A stretch of 63,700 nt of DNA, filler included, from Bacteroidales bacterium (lineage in GTDB: Bacteria > Bacteroidota > Bacteroidia > Bacteroidales > CAIWKO01), in assembly GCA_035389045.1 (NCBI GenBank). It is 3 parts of 3 records of this genome, joined end to end, with 100 filler letters (N's around TTAATTAATTAA, not from the genome) between each part and the next. Parts side by side here need not be neighbours in the genome. Positions count along the whole stretch, not along the records: positions 23,199 to 46,275 come from DAOORA010000071.1; 2 more parts are not named here. The stretch is one strand, 5' to 3'. The notes beneath the pieces were generated by a model. The model worked only from the letters and a program-made list of their open reading frames with translations, ran no database searches and was not told the DNA's origin. Of this stretch, positions 30,800 to 39,696 are shown piece by piece. Made by a program: the position numbers and the translations under genes. How positions within the stretch are numbered: position 1 is the stretch's first letter; the number at the start of each line of letters is the position of its first letter.

Positions 30800-32173
30800 A
30801 TGAAAAAAATTTACATCATTATGATTGCGGTCCTAATAGGACTGATGTACAGTAATGTTTCTGCCCAGCCTTTTACGAGCGGATTCGAAAATTGGACAGT
30901 GACGGCACCCATTACACCAACGGACTGGTTTGGCTCAAAAACAAGTATTTCTTCCGACAGCATTTTTCAATACACTTCGAGTGTCCATGGCGGAACCTAT
31001 GCTGTCCAGTTAAAAAGCAGTACCACAACCCATAAGCGTTTTACCACACAGGGTACTCCGATAATTGCCGGAAAAACATATAAGATTGACTTCTGGGTCC
31101 GCGGTCACGGCGAAATCCGTACAGGATGCTACAAAGGAGCCGGCTCAGCAGGATCAACCTATTATACTTACAACAACTATATTCTTCTGGATACTCTGGG
31201 TTGGAAACATTGTTCACAAACCATTTTGGTTGATACCACTTCCGCAGTGGCTCAGTTCATTTTATCAGTCAGAAATACCAGGGCGGATAAAGATTATATC
31301 CAGGTTGATGATGTGACCATCGATACGATAGCCACTCTTCCTCCCGCCAATGTCAGTATCCACGACATTCAGTATACCACTGCCGTGCCTGCAGTTTCAC
31401 CTTATGCCAACCAGACCGTGTCAACCATGGGTATTGTCACCGGAAAATGTCTTACCGGCTATTTTATTCAGGATGGTACAGGGGAATGGAATGGAATCTG
31501 GGTGTTGGATGCTGTCAACACACTAACAGTAAACCGCGGTGATTCAGTGCGTGTTACCGGCCTTGTTTATGAAGATTTTAACCAGACCCTGTTGAAAAAT
31601 ATTTCGGCTTTTGAAGTGCTGGCAACAGGCATTACCGAACCTGCCGCCGCTGATGTGACCTCTGTTACCGTAAAAGACGAAAAATTTGAAGGCGTTTTGG
31701 TAAAAATCTCCAACGCCGAATGTACCGATGCCAATGCCGGTTATGGAATGTGGACAGTTTCAACTACCGGTGATCTTGCTGACACATGCAAAATACATAA
31801 CCTGTTATATGCTTTCCCATCACCTGTGGTCGGAACCAACTACGATATCACCGGTCCCGTTTATTTCTCCTATTCCGAATTCCGTATCGAACCCAGAGAT
31901 ATTAATGATGTTATGCTTACAGGTATCAATGAAAATGATGAAACTTCTTTCAGCATTTATCCTAATCCTGTTTCAGCCAATTTGCTTATCAATGATATTG
32001 ATGGTATCGAACAAATAAATATCGTTAACCTTCTTGGTGAAACAGTGGCTACTTATAGTGTCAACGGTAACTATGCCGGCCTGAACGTGGCCGACCTGCA
32101 GTCCGGAATTTATTTGGTAACTTTATTAAAACAAAATGTTATAGCCGGTAAAGCCAAATTTATTAAAGAATAA
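30800..32173 (+). CDS. T9SS type A substrate: N-terminal CBM-like beta-sandwich plus OB-fold-like domains (paralog 1)
   Basis: Signal peptide; 'FE.W...W...' CBM4/9-like start; 'SIHDIQ..SPY..Q.V...GIVT..GYFIQD...GI.V...GDSV.VTG.V.E' (YhcR-type OB fold); 'E.FEGVLV'; CTD 'IYPNP...GIY...KFIK'. Confidence 0.75.
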   Translation: MKKIYIIMIAVLIGLMYSNVSAQPFTSGFENWTVTAPITPTDWFGSKTSISSDSIFQYTSSVHGGTYAVQLKSSTTTHKRFTTQGTPIIAGKTYKIDFWVRGHGEIRTGCYKGAGSAGSTYYTYNNYILLDTLGWKHCSQTILVDTTSAVAQFILSVRNTRADKDYIQVDDVTIDTIATLPPANVSIHDIQYTTAVPAVSPYANQTVSTMGIVTGKCLTGYFIQDGTGEWNGIWVLDAVNTLTVNRGDSVRVTGLVYEDFNQTLLKNISAFEVLATGITEPAAADVTSVTVKDEKFEGVLVKISNAECTDANAGYGMWTVSTTGDLADTCKIHNLLYAFPSPVVGTNYDITGPVYFSYSEFRIEPRDINDVMLTGINENDETSFSIYPNPVSANLLINDIDGIEQINIVNLLGETVATYSVNGNYAGLNVADLQSGIYLVTLLKQNVIAGKAKFIKE

Positions 32174-32193
32174 GCAAGCTGTTTATTTCAAAT

Positions 32194-32228
32194 AAAAAAG
32201 CTGCTTCGGAAACGGAGCAGTTTTTTTT
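32194..32228 (+). terminator. Intrinsic terminator
   Basis: CTGCTTCG-GAAA-CGGAGCAG stem-loop plus T8. Confidence 0.85.
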
Positions 32229-32424
32229 ATGATGCGCCAAATGTTATATTTCATATGTGATTTTCCCATCAATTAAAATCTTTTTTTATTTATATTGATA
32301 CCCTTTATATTTGCCGCAATTTTTCAAATAAAATTCACTACCAATAAAACATAATAATTTTATATTTTTGACACAACATATTTTACAAACCATTAAATCA
32401 CAACATAAACCAAAATACCTATCT

Positions 32425-33777
32425 ATGAAAAAATTTAACTTGTTTTTATTTGCAGCCCTGATGGGGATGTTGTTCAATGCTTCTTCGTTTGCCCAGCCAT
32501 TCACGAGCGGGTTCGAAACATGGACATCAACGGTTCCTATTCTGCCAACCGACTGGTACGGATCCAAATCAAGTATTTCTCCCGACAGCGTTTTTCAGTA
32601 TACACCAAGTGTTCATGGCGGAAACTATGCATGCCAGTTGAGAAACATCACAACCAATCACAAACGTTTCGATACTAAGGGAACACGCATAATTGCAGGA
32701 AAAACTTATAAAATCCACTTTTGGGTTCGCGGCCACGGAGAAATCCGGACAGGTTGTTACAAAGGTACAGGATCAGGAGGCGCCGCATATTACACCTACA
32801 ATCCTTATATCCTTTTAGACACTTTGGGATGGAAACATTGTGTACAAACTATCACCGTCGACACGACTTCAGACTCGGCACAATTTATTTTTTCCATAAG
32901 AAGTACCAACGCTGATAAAGGCCACATCCAGATCGATGATGTTAGTATTGATACCATTGCTCCTACGATCAGTATTTATAATATACAATATTCAACGCTG
33001 CCATCAGGAGATTCTCCTTATGCGAATCAAAATGTAACCACTTCCGGTATTGTAACAGAGTCCTTTTCTAAAGGTTATTTTATTCAGAATGGCATCGCCC
33101 CATGGAACGGACTTTACATTTATGACAGCACACATGCTCCGGCATTGGGAGACAGCATCAAAGTAACGGGTACAGTATTTGAATATTACCACTACACGGA
33201 ATTAAAAAACATTACTGAATATTACACCATCACGACGGGAAACCTTTTACCGGCATCTGTCCCGGTCACAGCAACTACAGTGAAAAATGAAATGTACGAG
33301 GGCATGCTTGTAAATATAAACGATGCAGAATGTACTTTTGTTCATGCTAATGGCTGGTGGAAGGTACAACAATCATCCGATACCGTAGAAATTGGCAATT
33401 TTATTTTTGGATTCCCCGCTGCAGTAGTCGGTACACATTATGATGTTACCGGCCTCGTATTTTACTACTACGATTTTAGAATTTTTCCCAGAGACATCAC
33501 CGATATTCAGGTAAATCCCGGTGTTGGCATTAATGAATCCTCTGCACAATTAATGAATATTTATCCTAATCCGGCATCAGAAAAATTATTTATCGGGAAT
33601 ATAGAAGGAATTGACCAAGTAAAAATCTTCAACTCACTTGGAGAAAATATCCTCACCTTTGAAATAGCCGGAAATTCATTGAGTTTAAATGTATCCAAAC
33701 TGCCAGGCGGAATTTATTACGTTACGTTCATTAAAGACAACTCCATTTCCGGAACACGAAAATTCATTAAGCAATAA
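32425..33777 (+). CDS. T9SS type A substrate, tandem paralog of 30800-32173
   Basis: Same architecture; near-identical N-terminal domain (AQPFTSGFE…FWVRGHGEIRTGCYKG…ILLDTLGWKHC); ATG 32425 gives an MKK signal peptide. Confidence 0.78.
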   Translation: MKKFNLFLFAALMGMLFNASSFAQPFTSGFETWTSTVPILPTDWYGSKSSISPDSVFQYTPSVHGGNYACQLRNITTNHKRFDTKGTRIIAGKTYKIHFWVRGHGEIRTGCYKGTGSGGAAYYTYNPYILLDTLGWKHCVQTITVDTTSDSAQFIFSIRSTNADKGHIQIDDVSIDTIAPTISIYNIQYSTLPSGDSPYANQNVTTSGIVTESFSKGYFIQNGIAPWNGLYIYDSTHAPALGDSIKVTGTVFEYYHYTELKNITEYYTITTGNLLPASVPVTATTVKNEMYEGMLVNINDAECTFVHANGWWKVQQSSDTVEIGNFIFGFPAAVVGTHYDVTGLVFYYYDFRIFPRDITDIQVNPGVGINESSAQLMNIYPNPASEKLFIGNIEGIDQVKIFNSLGENILTFEIAGNSLSLNVSKLPGGIYYVTFIKDNSISGTRKFIKQ

Positions 33778-33795
33778 CATTCTTATAATTTCATT

Positions 33796-33828
33796 AAAAC
33801 TGCTTTGGAAACGGAGCAGTTTTTTTTT
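33796..33828 (+). terminator. Intrinsic terminator (paralogous to 32194-32228)
   Basis: ACTGCTTTG-GAAA-CGGAGCAGT plus T run. Confidence 0.8.
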
Positions 33829-34219
33829 GCTTTTTGGGTATCGCCACAGCCCGAAAGAAATGAATTGAAATTAATAGAAGCCAAACGGTACTACATTATA
33901 AAATGTTGAACCTAATACAGTGCGCTTTTTTGTCTGGAAGTTCTTGTTTAAAATCAGTACTGACCGGCAAAAATACTTTTTAAGGTTCAAGGCTTTGCTA
34001 TATCACGTTCCTTTGAAGAAAGAATTTTCGACAGGGATCAACCTTCCAAAAAAAATCCGGCAGCCACATTACCTCCTATAAATCACCCATTACTGGTTCC
34101 TGTTTGCCATTATATGAGTAATCAATCAAACAGATTTTATCCTTAGTAAAGTCTTCCTTACAAATTTTCACTCTATGTATTATTGTTGTATCCTGAAAGA
34201 CACAAACCACTTAATCAAC

Positions 34220-34248
34220 AAAAAAGACTGCCCTTTTGAGACAGTCTC
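34220..34248 (-). terminator. Intrinsic terminator after the DUF5689-like gene
   Basis: Minus strand AGACTGTCT…GGGCAGTCT followed by a T run. Confidence 0.65.
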
Positions 34249-34276
34249 TTTGTGATTTATTTTCACTCTCTTAATT

Positions 34277-35569
34277 CTAATTATGAGTCCCTGTAAGAAT
34301 TATGCTTGTTATCTCCCATGTAGGAATAGAGGCGCCACTGGTATATTTAAATCCAATATGGACATTTGAGCCTGAAAACGCAGAAAGGTCAATATCGCCT
34401 GAAGACACAAAGTTCCAGTCTGCACCTGAAGGTAAATTGGCTATGGTCAACTCAGTCCAGGTTGCAGTATTGGGATCGCCACTGGTATAATCCGACGAAA
34501 CATATGCTTTGAAGGTGCCATCACCAACCGTTCCGTATTTCATGGCCGTACTGAACTTTAACTTTTCTCCGGTGTACTGATCAAGATTGATAGAAGGTGA
34601 GATCAGCCAGTCTTCGTTGGCAAGTGACGAGCCATAGCTTGTCATTTTTGCACAGGTTGTTCCGCCGGGAGTTACATATTGTGTCCAGATATATCCGGGG
34701 TCAGTGACACTAAATTGTGTGAAAGTACCCAGAGATCCTGCTGTGGCAAAACTTTCATTAATTATCATTTGGGCATTAAAGTCAAATCCGATAAGGTCGT
34801 TGAGGTCTCTGATATATAATTGAAGGTCGCCGCTGTAAACACTTAAAATGCCGCGGATCGATCCCTGCCCGTTAGGGATCAGGTCGGCTGCAAAACTGGC
34901 ATAATTGCTGGTACGGAGCAAAATCGTGTTCAAGCCATCAGAAATGGTCCTGTTGGTTGTAGCGGTGGTAGATGCAAAAGGCTGTCCTGCTTCCAGTATG
35001 GATACATCATCGAGTTGAATAAGCATCCCATAATGATCCGGTGTAATGTCAGAGATTGTCAGCACCTTAGGAGCCGGGGCATTACCGGGCAGGCTGTCGC
35101 GGAGCAGGTGTTCTTCAACAGAAATTTCAGGTATGCGTCCGATTGAACCGGCATACGGCGCACCCAGCTGGGTCATTCCGCCATAATCGCCTAAGAAAAG
35201 TCCTTTGCATTTTACATAAATACGCTGACCGACTTTATAAAGATTATAAAGACTGGTCTTGTCAAGCCCGATATATAATCCGCCTGAGGTATCCTGAATA
35301 TAAAGACCTTTATAAATATTGCCTGATTCATCATTACCAATAACTTTTCCTCCAACGTAAACATTGTCATTGATGCTGTCGAGAGCGCCCACTACGGTAT
35401 GACGTGCTTTAAGTTGTTTAATGCTGATGAGCGTAGCATCTGTTGGCAGCGTAAAAACCGGAATTTGTACCGGGGGCACATCAAATTCTTTGCTGCAGCC
35501 GGTTATCAAAGCAAAGACCGCTGCAAAAGCCAGAACTAAAATTTTTCTTATCATCTTAAAAGTTTTCAT
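34277..35569 (-). CDS. DUF5689-like (OB-fold) lipoprotein with C-terminal beta-sandwich (DUF5017/choice-of-anchor J-like)
   Basis: Lipobox 'ITGC'; 'G.VIGNDESGNIYK.LYIQD.SGG', 'RTSNYASFA', 'Q.YIR...D'; C-terminal 'NEDWLISP.I.L…SG.IDLS'. Confidence 0.8.
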   Translation of the reverse strand: MKTFKMIRKILVLAFAAVFALITGCSKEFDVPPVQIPVFTLPTDATLISIKQLKARHTVVGALDSINDNVYVGGKVIGNDESGNIYKGLYIQDTSGGLYIGLDKTSLYNLYKVGQRIYVKCKGLFLGDYGGMTQLGAPYAGSIGRIPEISVEEHLLRDSLPGNAPAPKVLTISDITPDHYGMLIQLDDVSILEAGQPFASTTATTNRTISDGLNTILLRTSNYASFAADLIPNGQGSIRGILSVYSGDLQLYIRDLNDLIGFDFNAQMIINESFATAGSLGTFTQFSVTDPGYIWTQYVTPGGTTCAKMTSYGSSLANEDWLISPSINLDQYTGEKLKFSTAMKYGTVGDGTFKAYVSSDYTSGDPNTATWTELTIANLPSGADWNFVSSGDIDLSAFSGSNVHIGFKYTSGASIPTWEITSIILTGTHN

Positions 35570-35601
35570 ATGTTTAAATTTTATTGTTTACATTTATTTT
35601 G

Positions 35602-38361
35602 TTAATACCGGAGAGAAACCATGAAAAAGAAAGTTCTGCCATAACCGTAATAATACTTAGCCGGGAATTTGCTGATATCTTTGTTTTCATAATCAAACCG
35701 GGATTGTTCATAACCTGAAGTGATCATATTCTGATTATTTAAAATATTGCTCACACTGGCATTGAAACCCAGGTAGAATTTATTGATTTTAAATGATTTA
35801 CTCACAGAAGCATCTAAGGTGAATTGTGGTTTTGCGTTAGCTTTCTGTTGTTCTGTAATAGTTGTGATCAGCGGATCGTAGGGACTCATATTTTCAAGAG
35901 CTTCCACTGTGCGACGGCTGGGGTTAAAATCAATCCAGTTATTGGCAAACAGGTTGGCATTAAGATTCGCATACCAGAAATGCTGATTCTGGTATTTAAG
36001 CCCAAATGAACCTGCAGCCTGTGGAGTGCCATTTACATAAAAGTTTTTACAATATATTGTCTGGATTGAATCAGGCTGTGAGCCATTTTCAACGGACATG
36101 TAGGCCGTCGGGCGGTTGGTATACCGGTAACTTCCATAAGAGCCTGCAAGCACTGCCGATAAGGAGGGTATGATTTTCACTTCGACACCCAACTCAATCC
36201 CCTGATGAATTTTATTTATTCCCACCATAAGAAAATTCACAAAGGTCTGAAGGTCGTCATGGTAGAAACTGCTGACTTTGGTGTCTTCCCAGAACATTGT
36301 GTTGAAGGCTGTGATGCGTCCTTTGACACCGGGATAACGGATGATATAACTCAGATCAGCGCTGAAAATTTTCCTTGACCTGATATCTGGGACTACGGTA
36401 TTTCTTATCCTGGGTGACAGATAGATATCACTGAATGAGGGTGCCATAGTCATGTAAGCGCCATTCAGAAGGATATAATGCCGTCCGGTTGGTTTATAGG
36501 TTACCCCTGCCTTCACGGCATAATCAAAGAAATTATGTTTTGCTGATTTGCCATAAGAATCATCAACAAACCGGCCGTTTTTCATATTTCCGACACGCCA
36601 GAACTGGCTCCCGGTAATGTTCAGACCTGCATAAAAATCGAAATGGTTAAAGGTAAATTCCCCTACTCCCCAAAGGTTTGCCTTGTTGATGTGAATATCG
36701 TAATCATAACCAAAGCTATCTCCTTTTCTTATGATTCGGTTAGGGTTGTTCAGATCATTCTGCAGCATGGTGGTGTTTTCCGGAAAGTCACGCTCAGCGT
36801 ACTGGTCAATATCAATCCAGTAACCTTCGTAAGCGTCACCGGTGTTTACATCCGTCATGCCGTCGAGCATATCACTGATGACTTTATAATTGCGGCTTTT
36901 GTATAAGTTGACGCTTAAACCTCCGCTAAAAAATACATGTTTGTTAATATCATAATTCAGATGTGAGGACAAGGCGGCTTGTGAATGGTCAAGCCTGCGT
37001 TCCTCAATGATGTATTTTGCCTGGTCGCCGCTGAGATAACTCAGATAATTGATCTGATAAAGTTCGTCCCAATTAATCTGGCTCACACTTTCGTTATTCT
37101 GCCATGCTGCCGTAATATAAGCCATGGTTGCCGGATCGGCGGGATCCTCAAAACTCATGTTTTCCTGCCAGCTGGGCAGATTACGGTAATAATCCGGGCG
37201 CGGATCGGCAGAATTGTACCAGTTAAGTGCCGTGGTTCCGGTACGTCCGAAACTATAACCTAATGTTGTTGTTAGTTTCAGCTTATCGCTGATATCATAA
37301 TAATCGGTGAGTAAAAGCACCGGTTCGTGCGAATTTCTTACCCTGGCGTTACGTACTTCGCCATTCTGCCATCCCCAGTTCGGATTATAATAATTATCAT
37401 CCAGCATATCATAGATTTCCTGAACAGAAGCAGATTGCATACCCCTCTTTGCCGGAGCGCCAAAACCTGTAAAAGAAAGAAAATGCCTTTTACCAATCTT
37501 TTTTTCGACAGAAAGAAAATAGGAGTAAGCATCATAAAATGTTCCTTCCACATAACCATGGTTTCCCTGACGCGTGGAAAGTGAAGCCGTAACAGCCCAT
37601 CCGTTTTTCATAAGCCCGGTTGAGCCTGTTATCATGGCACGATGCTGGTATGAACGGTTAGAGAATGCATAAGAAGCTTTTACCTGCCTGCGCTGGTGTG
37701 AAGCCCTTACATCCATATCCGTCGTCCCGGCAATGGTTCCGAATGAAAATCTGGCGGGTGTGAGCCCGTAAACGCTCTCCTTGAATCGTGTAGCATCGTT
37801 CAACCCGCCCCAATCCGAAAAACTTGGCCGGCCGGTTTCAGGATCATTCAGTGAAAGCCCTCCGATCATCACCTCCGAATATTCATTATCATAGCCCCGC
37901 GGACGGAAATATCCGGCGCTTAGGGTATACCCGGCAACAGAAATAAAAGCATCGTTGGACGAATGTAAAAGCCCTGCAACATACTGATCTTTGATCTCGT
38001 CCTCCGACTCAATGTTGCTGGTCATAACTTCGGACGTTGTGGCCTGGGACTTGTCCGTACCATTAACTTTCATTTGTATCATGCCCAGATTCATTTCGGG
38101 CGAATTCACATCTATGCTCATGGTCTGGCTTCCATATCCTTCCAATTCAAAGGTAATATCGTTCTTACCGAAAGTAATACCATCAGCGGAGAACTTCCCT
38201 TCCGCATCTGAAACCAATCGTTGCATGCCGATGTTCACTGTAGCTCCTGCCAGGGGTTTACCTTCAACATCAGTAAGTAAACCGCGGACTATCGCATTTT
38301 GAGCTTGTACACAAATTACTGTCGTAAATACAAGCAAGGTTAAAAGCAGCTTTTTCATCAT
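35602..38361 (-). CDS. TonB-dependent receptor with N-terminal carboxypeptidase-regulatory-like domain
   Basis: Signal peptide; 'G.PLAGATV'; plug 'RPRGYD…WGGLNDATR'; barrel end 'SNILNN…GRTFFFMVSLRY'. Confidence 0.9.
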   Translation of the reverse strand: MMKKLLLTLLVFTTVICVQAQNAIVRGLLTDVEGKPLAGATVNIGMQRLVSDAEGKFSADGITFGKNDITFELEGYGSQTMSIDVNSPEMNLGMIQMKVNGTDKSQATTSEVMTSNIESEDEIKDQYVAGLLHSSNDAFISVAGYTLSAGYFRPRGYDNEYSEVMIGGLSLNDPETGRPSFSDWGGLNDATRFKESVYGLTPARFSFGTIAGTTDMDVRASHQRRQVKASYAFSNRSYQHRAMITGSTGLMKNGWAVTASLSTRQGNHGYVEGTFYDAYSYFLSVEKKIGKRHFLSFTGFGAPAKRGMQSASVQEIYDMLDDNYYNPNWGWQNGEVRNARVRNSHEPVLLLTDYYDISDKLKLTTTLGYSFGRTGTTALNWYNSADPRPDYYRNLPSWQENMSFEDPADPATMAYITAAWQNNESVSQINWDELYQINYLSYLSGDQAKYIIEERRLDHSQAALSSHLNYDINKHVFFSGGLSVNLYKSRNYKVISDMLDGMTDVNTGDAYEGYWIDIDQYAERDFPENTTMLQNDLNNPNRIIRKGDSFGYDYDIHINKANLWGVGEFTFNHFDFYAGLNITGSQFWRVGNMKNGRFVDDSYGKSAKHNFFDYAVKAGVTYKPTGRHYILLNGAYMTMAPSFSDIYLSPRIRNTVVPDIRSRKIFSADLSYIIRYPGVKGRITAFNTMFWEDTKVSSFYHDDLQTFVNFLMVGINKIHQGIELGVEVKIIPSLSAVLAGSYGSYRYTNRPTAYMSVENGSQPDSIQTIYCKNFYVNGTPQAAGSFGLKYQNQHFWYANLNANLFANNWIDFNPSRRTVEALENMSPYDPLITTITEQQKANAKPQFTLDASVSKSFKINKFYLGFNASVSNILNNQNMITSGYEQSRFDYENKDISKFPAKYYYGYGRTFFFMVSLRY

Positions 38362-38483
38362 AATAAGATCACTTAGTTATATATTTTTTTAAATTATTAC
38401 AATTATATACACGAGAGTATTTTGACAGATAAAGATTTGGTAACCTATTCTTTAAATAATATTCTTCCGAAATAATTTTCCGG

Positions 38484-38550
38484 CAAAGGTACTTAAAAAA
38501 CCATTATTAAAATATTTTCGCTCTTTTTTTGACAAGAATAACTAATTTTG
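38484..38550. promoter_or_regulatory. Divergent Bacteroidota sigma-A -7 boxes for the TonB-dependent receptor and the nuclease
   Basis: TACCTTTG on minus strand (38484-38491) and TAATTTTG on plus strand (38543-38550). Confidence 0.5.
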
Positions 38551-38582
38551 ATAATTAATTCATCTCGAAAAATCATTATTGT

Positions 38583-39617
38583 ATGTTCAAAAAACTTATT
38601 CACCTATCTATTATCATTCTAATTAGCATTACCTTAAATGCCCAGGATAAAAAACTCAACATTGCTGTCGTTGCTTTTTATAATGTTGAAAACTTATATG
38701 ATACTATTGATGATCCTAAAACCGATGACGCAGAATTTTTACCCACCGGAATCCAAAACTGGAATACAGCTAAATACAGTTTAAAGTTACAGCGCATTTC
38801 GGAAGTTATCTCCAAAATAGGCCAGGAGGTTGTTCCAGGTGGCCCTGTGATCATAGGATTGTCTGAGATTGAAAACAGGTATGTATTAGAAGATTTAACG
38901 AACAGCGAACCATTAAAAAACCAAAACTATGGAATTGTTCAATATAATTCTCCAGACCGCCGTGGTGTTGATGTTGCCTTACTATATCAGAAAAAACGTT
39001 TTACGCTTGAAGGCAGCAAGCCCTTTACGCTGAAATCTTCAGACACCTCACTGCGTACCAGGGATCAGCTGCTGGTGTGGGGCAAACTCGACGGGGAAGA
39101 AATGTATTTTCTTGTCAACCACTGGCCTTCACGCCGCGGAGGTGAACAACGCAGCGCTCCCAAACGTAAAGATGCCGCTCTGCTCTCCAAACAAATCAGC
39201 GATTCATTATTTAAGATGAACCCAAATGTCAAACTGATAATTATGGGCGACCTTAACGATAATCCCAACAATGCCAGCATTGCCAAACACTTAAACGCAA
39301 AAGGTGAAATTAATAAAATAACTCAGGGAGATTTATACAACCCCATGTTTGGTCTTTTCCAGGATGGAATAGGTTCGTATGCGTATCGTGATTCCTGGGA
39401 CCTTTATGATCAGATGATCCTTACATCCGCATTTCTTGGTACGGATCGTAATTCATACAAATTGCTGAAAGCAAAGATATTCAATGAACAATTCCTGAAA
39501 CAAAAAACCGGGACGTTTTCGGGGTATCCCTGGAGAACAGCCGCCGGCGGGCAATACCTGATGGGCTACAGCGATCACTTCCCCATTTATGTGATCTTAG
39601 GACGTGAAACAAAATAG
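38583..39617 (+). CDS. Secreted endonuclease/exonuclease/phosphatase (EEP) family protein
   Basis: 'FYNVENLYD', 'GLSEIEN', 'NHWPSR', 'MGDLND', 'GYSDHFP'; signal peptide. Confidence 0.92.
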   Translation: MFKKLIHLSIIILISITLNAQDKKLNIAVVAFYNVENLYDTIDDPKTDDAEFLPTGIQNWNTAKYSLKLQRISEVISKIGQEVVPGGPVIIGLSEIENRYVLEDLTNSEPLKNQNYGIVQYNSPDRRGVDVALLYQKKRFTLEGSKPFTLKSSDTSLRTRDQLLVWGKLDGEEMYFLVNHWPSRRGGEQRSAPKRKDAALLSKQISDSLFKMNPNVKLIIMGDLNDNPNNASIAKHLNAKGEINKITQGDLYNPMFGLFQDGIGSYAYRDSWDLYDQMILTSAFLGTDRNSYKLLKAKIFNEQFLKQKTGTFSGYPWRTAAGGQYLMGYSDHFPIYVILGRETK

Positions 39618-39696
39618 TTATACCATATTATTATAGATCTCGTACCTTTTAGTTTTACAGACCTCATATCTTTTCACAATTTTTAATAAATCCAGT

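Noticed and set aside
33830..34200. Hidden gene or sRNA between convergent terminators
   Set aside because: Only very short ORFs in the frames I read, and no convincing structure
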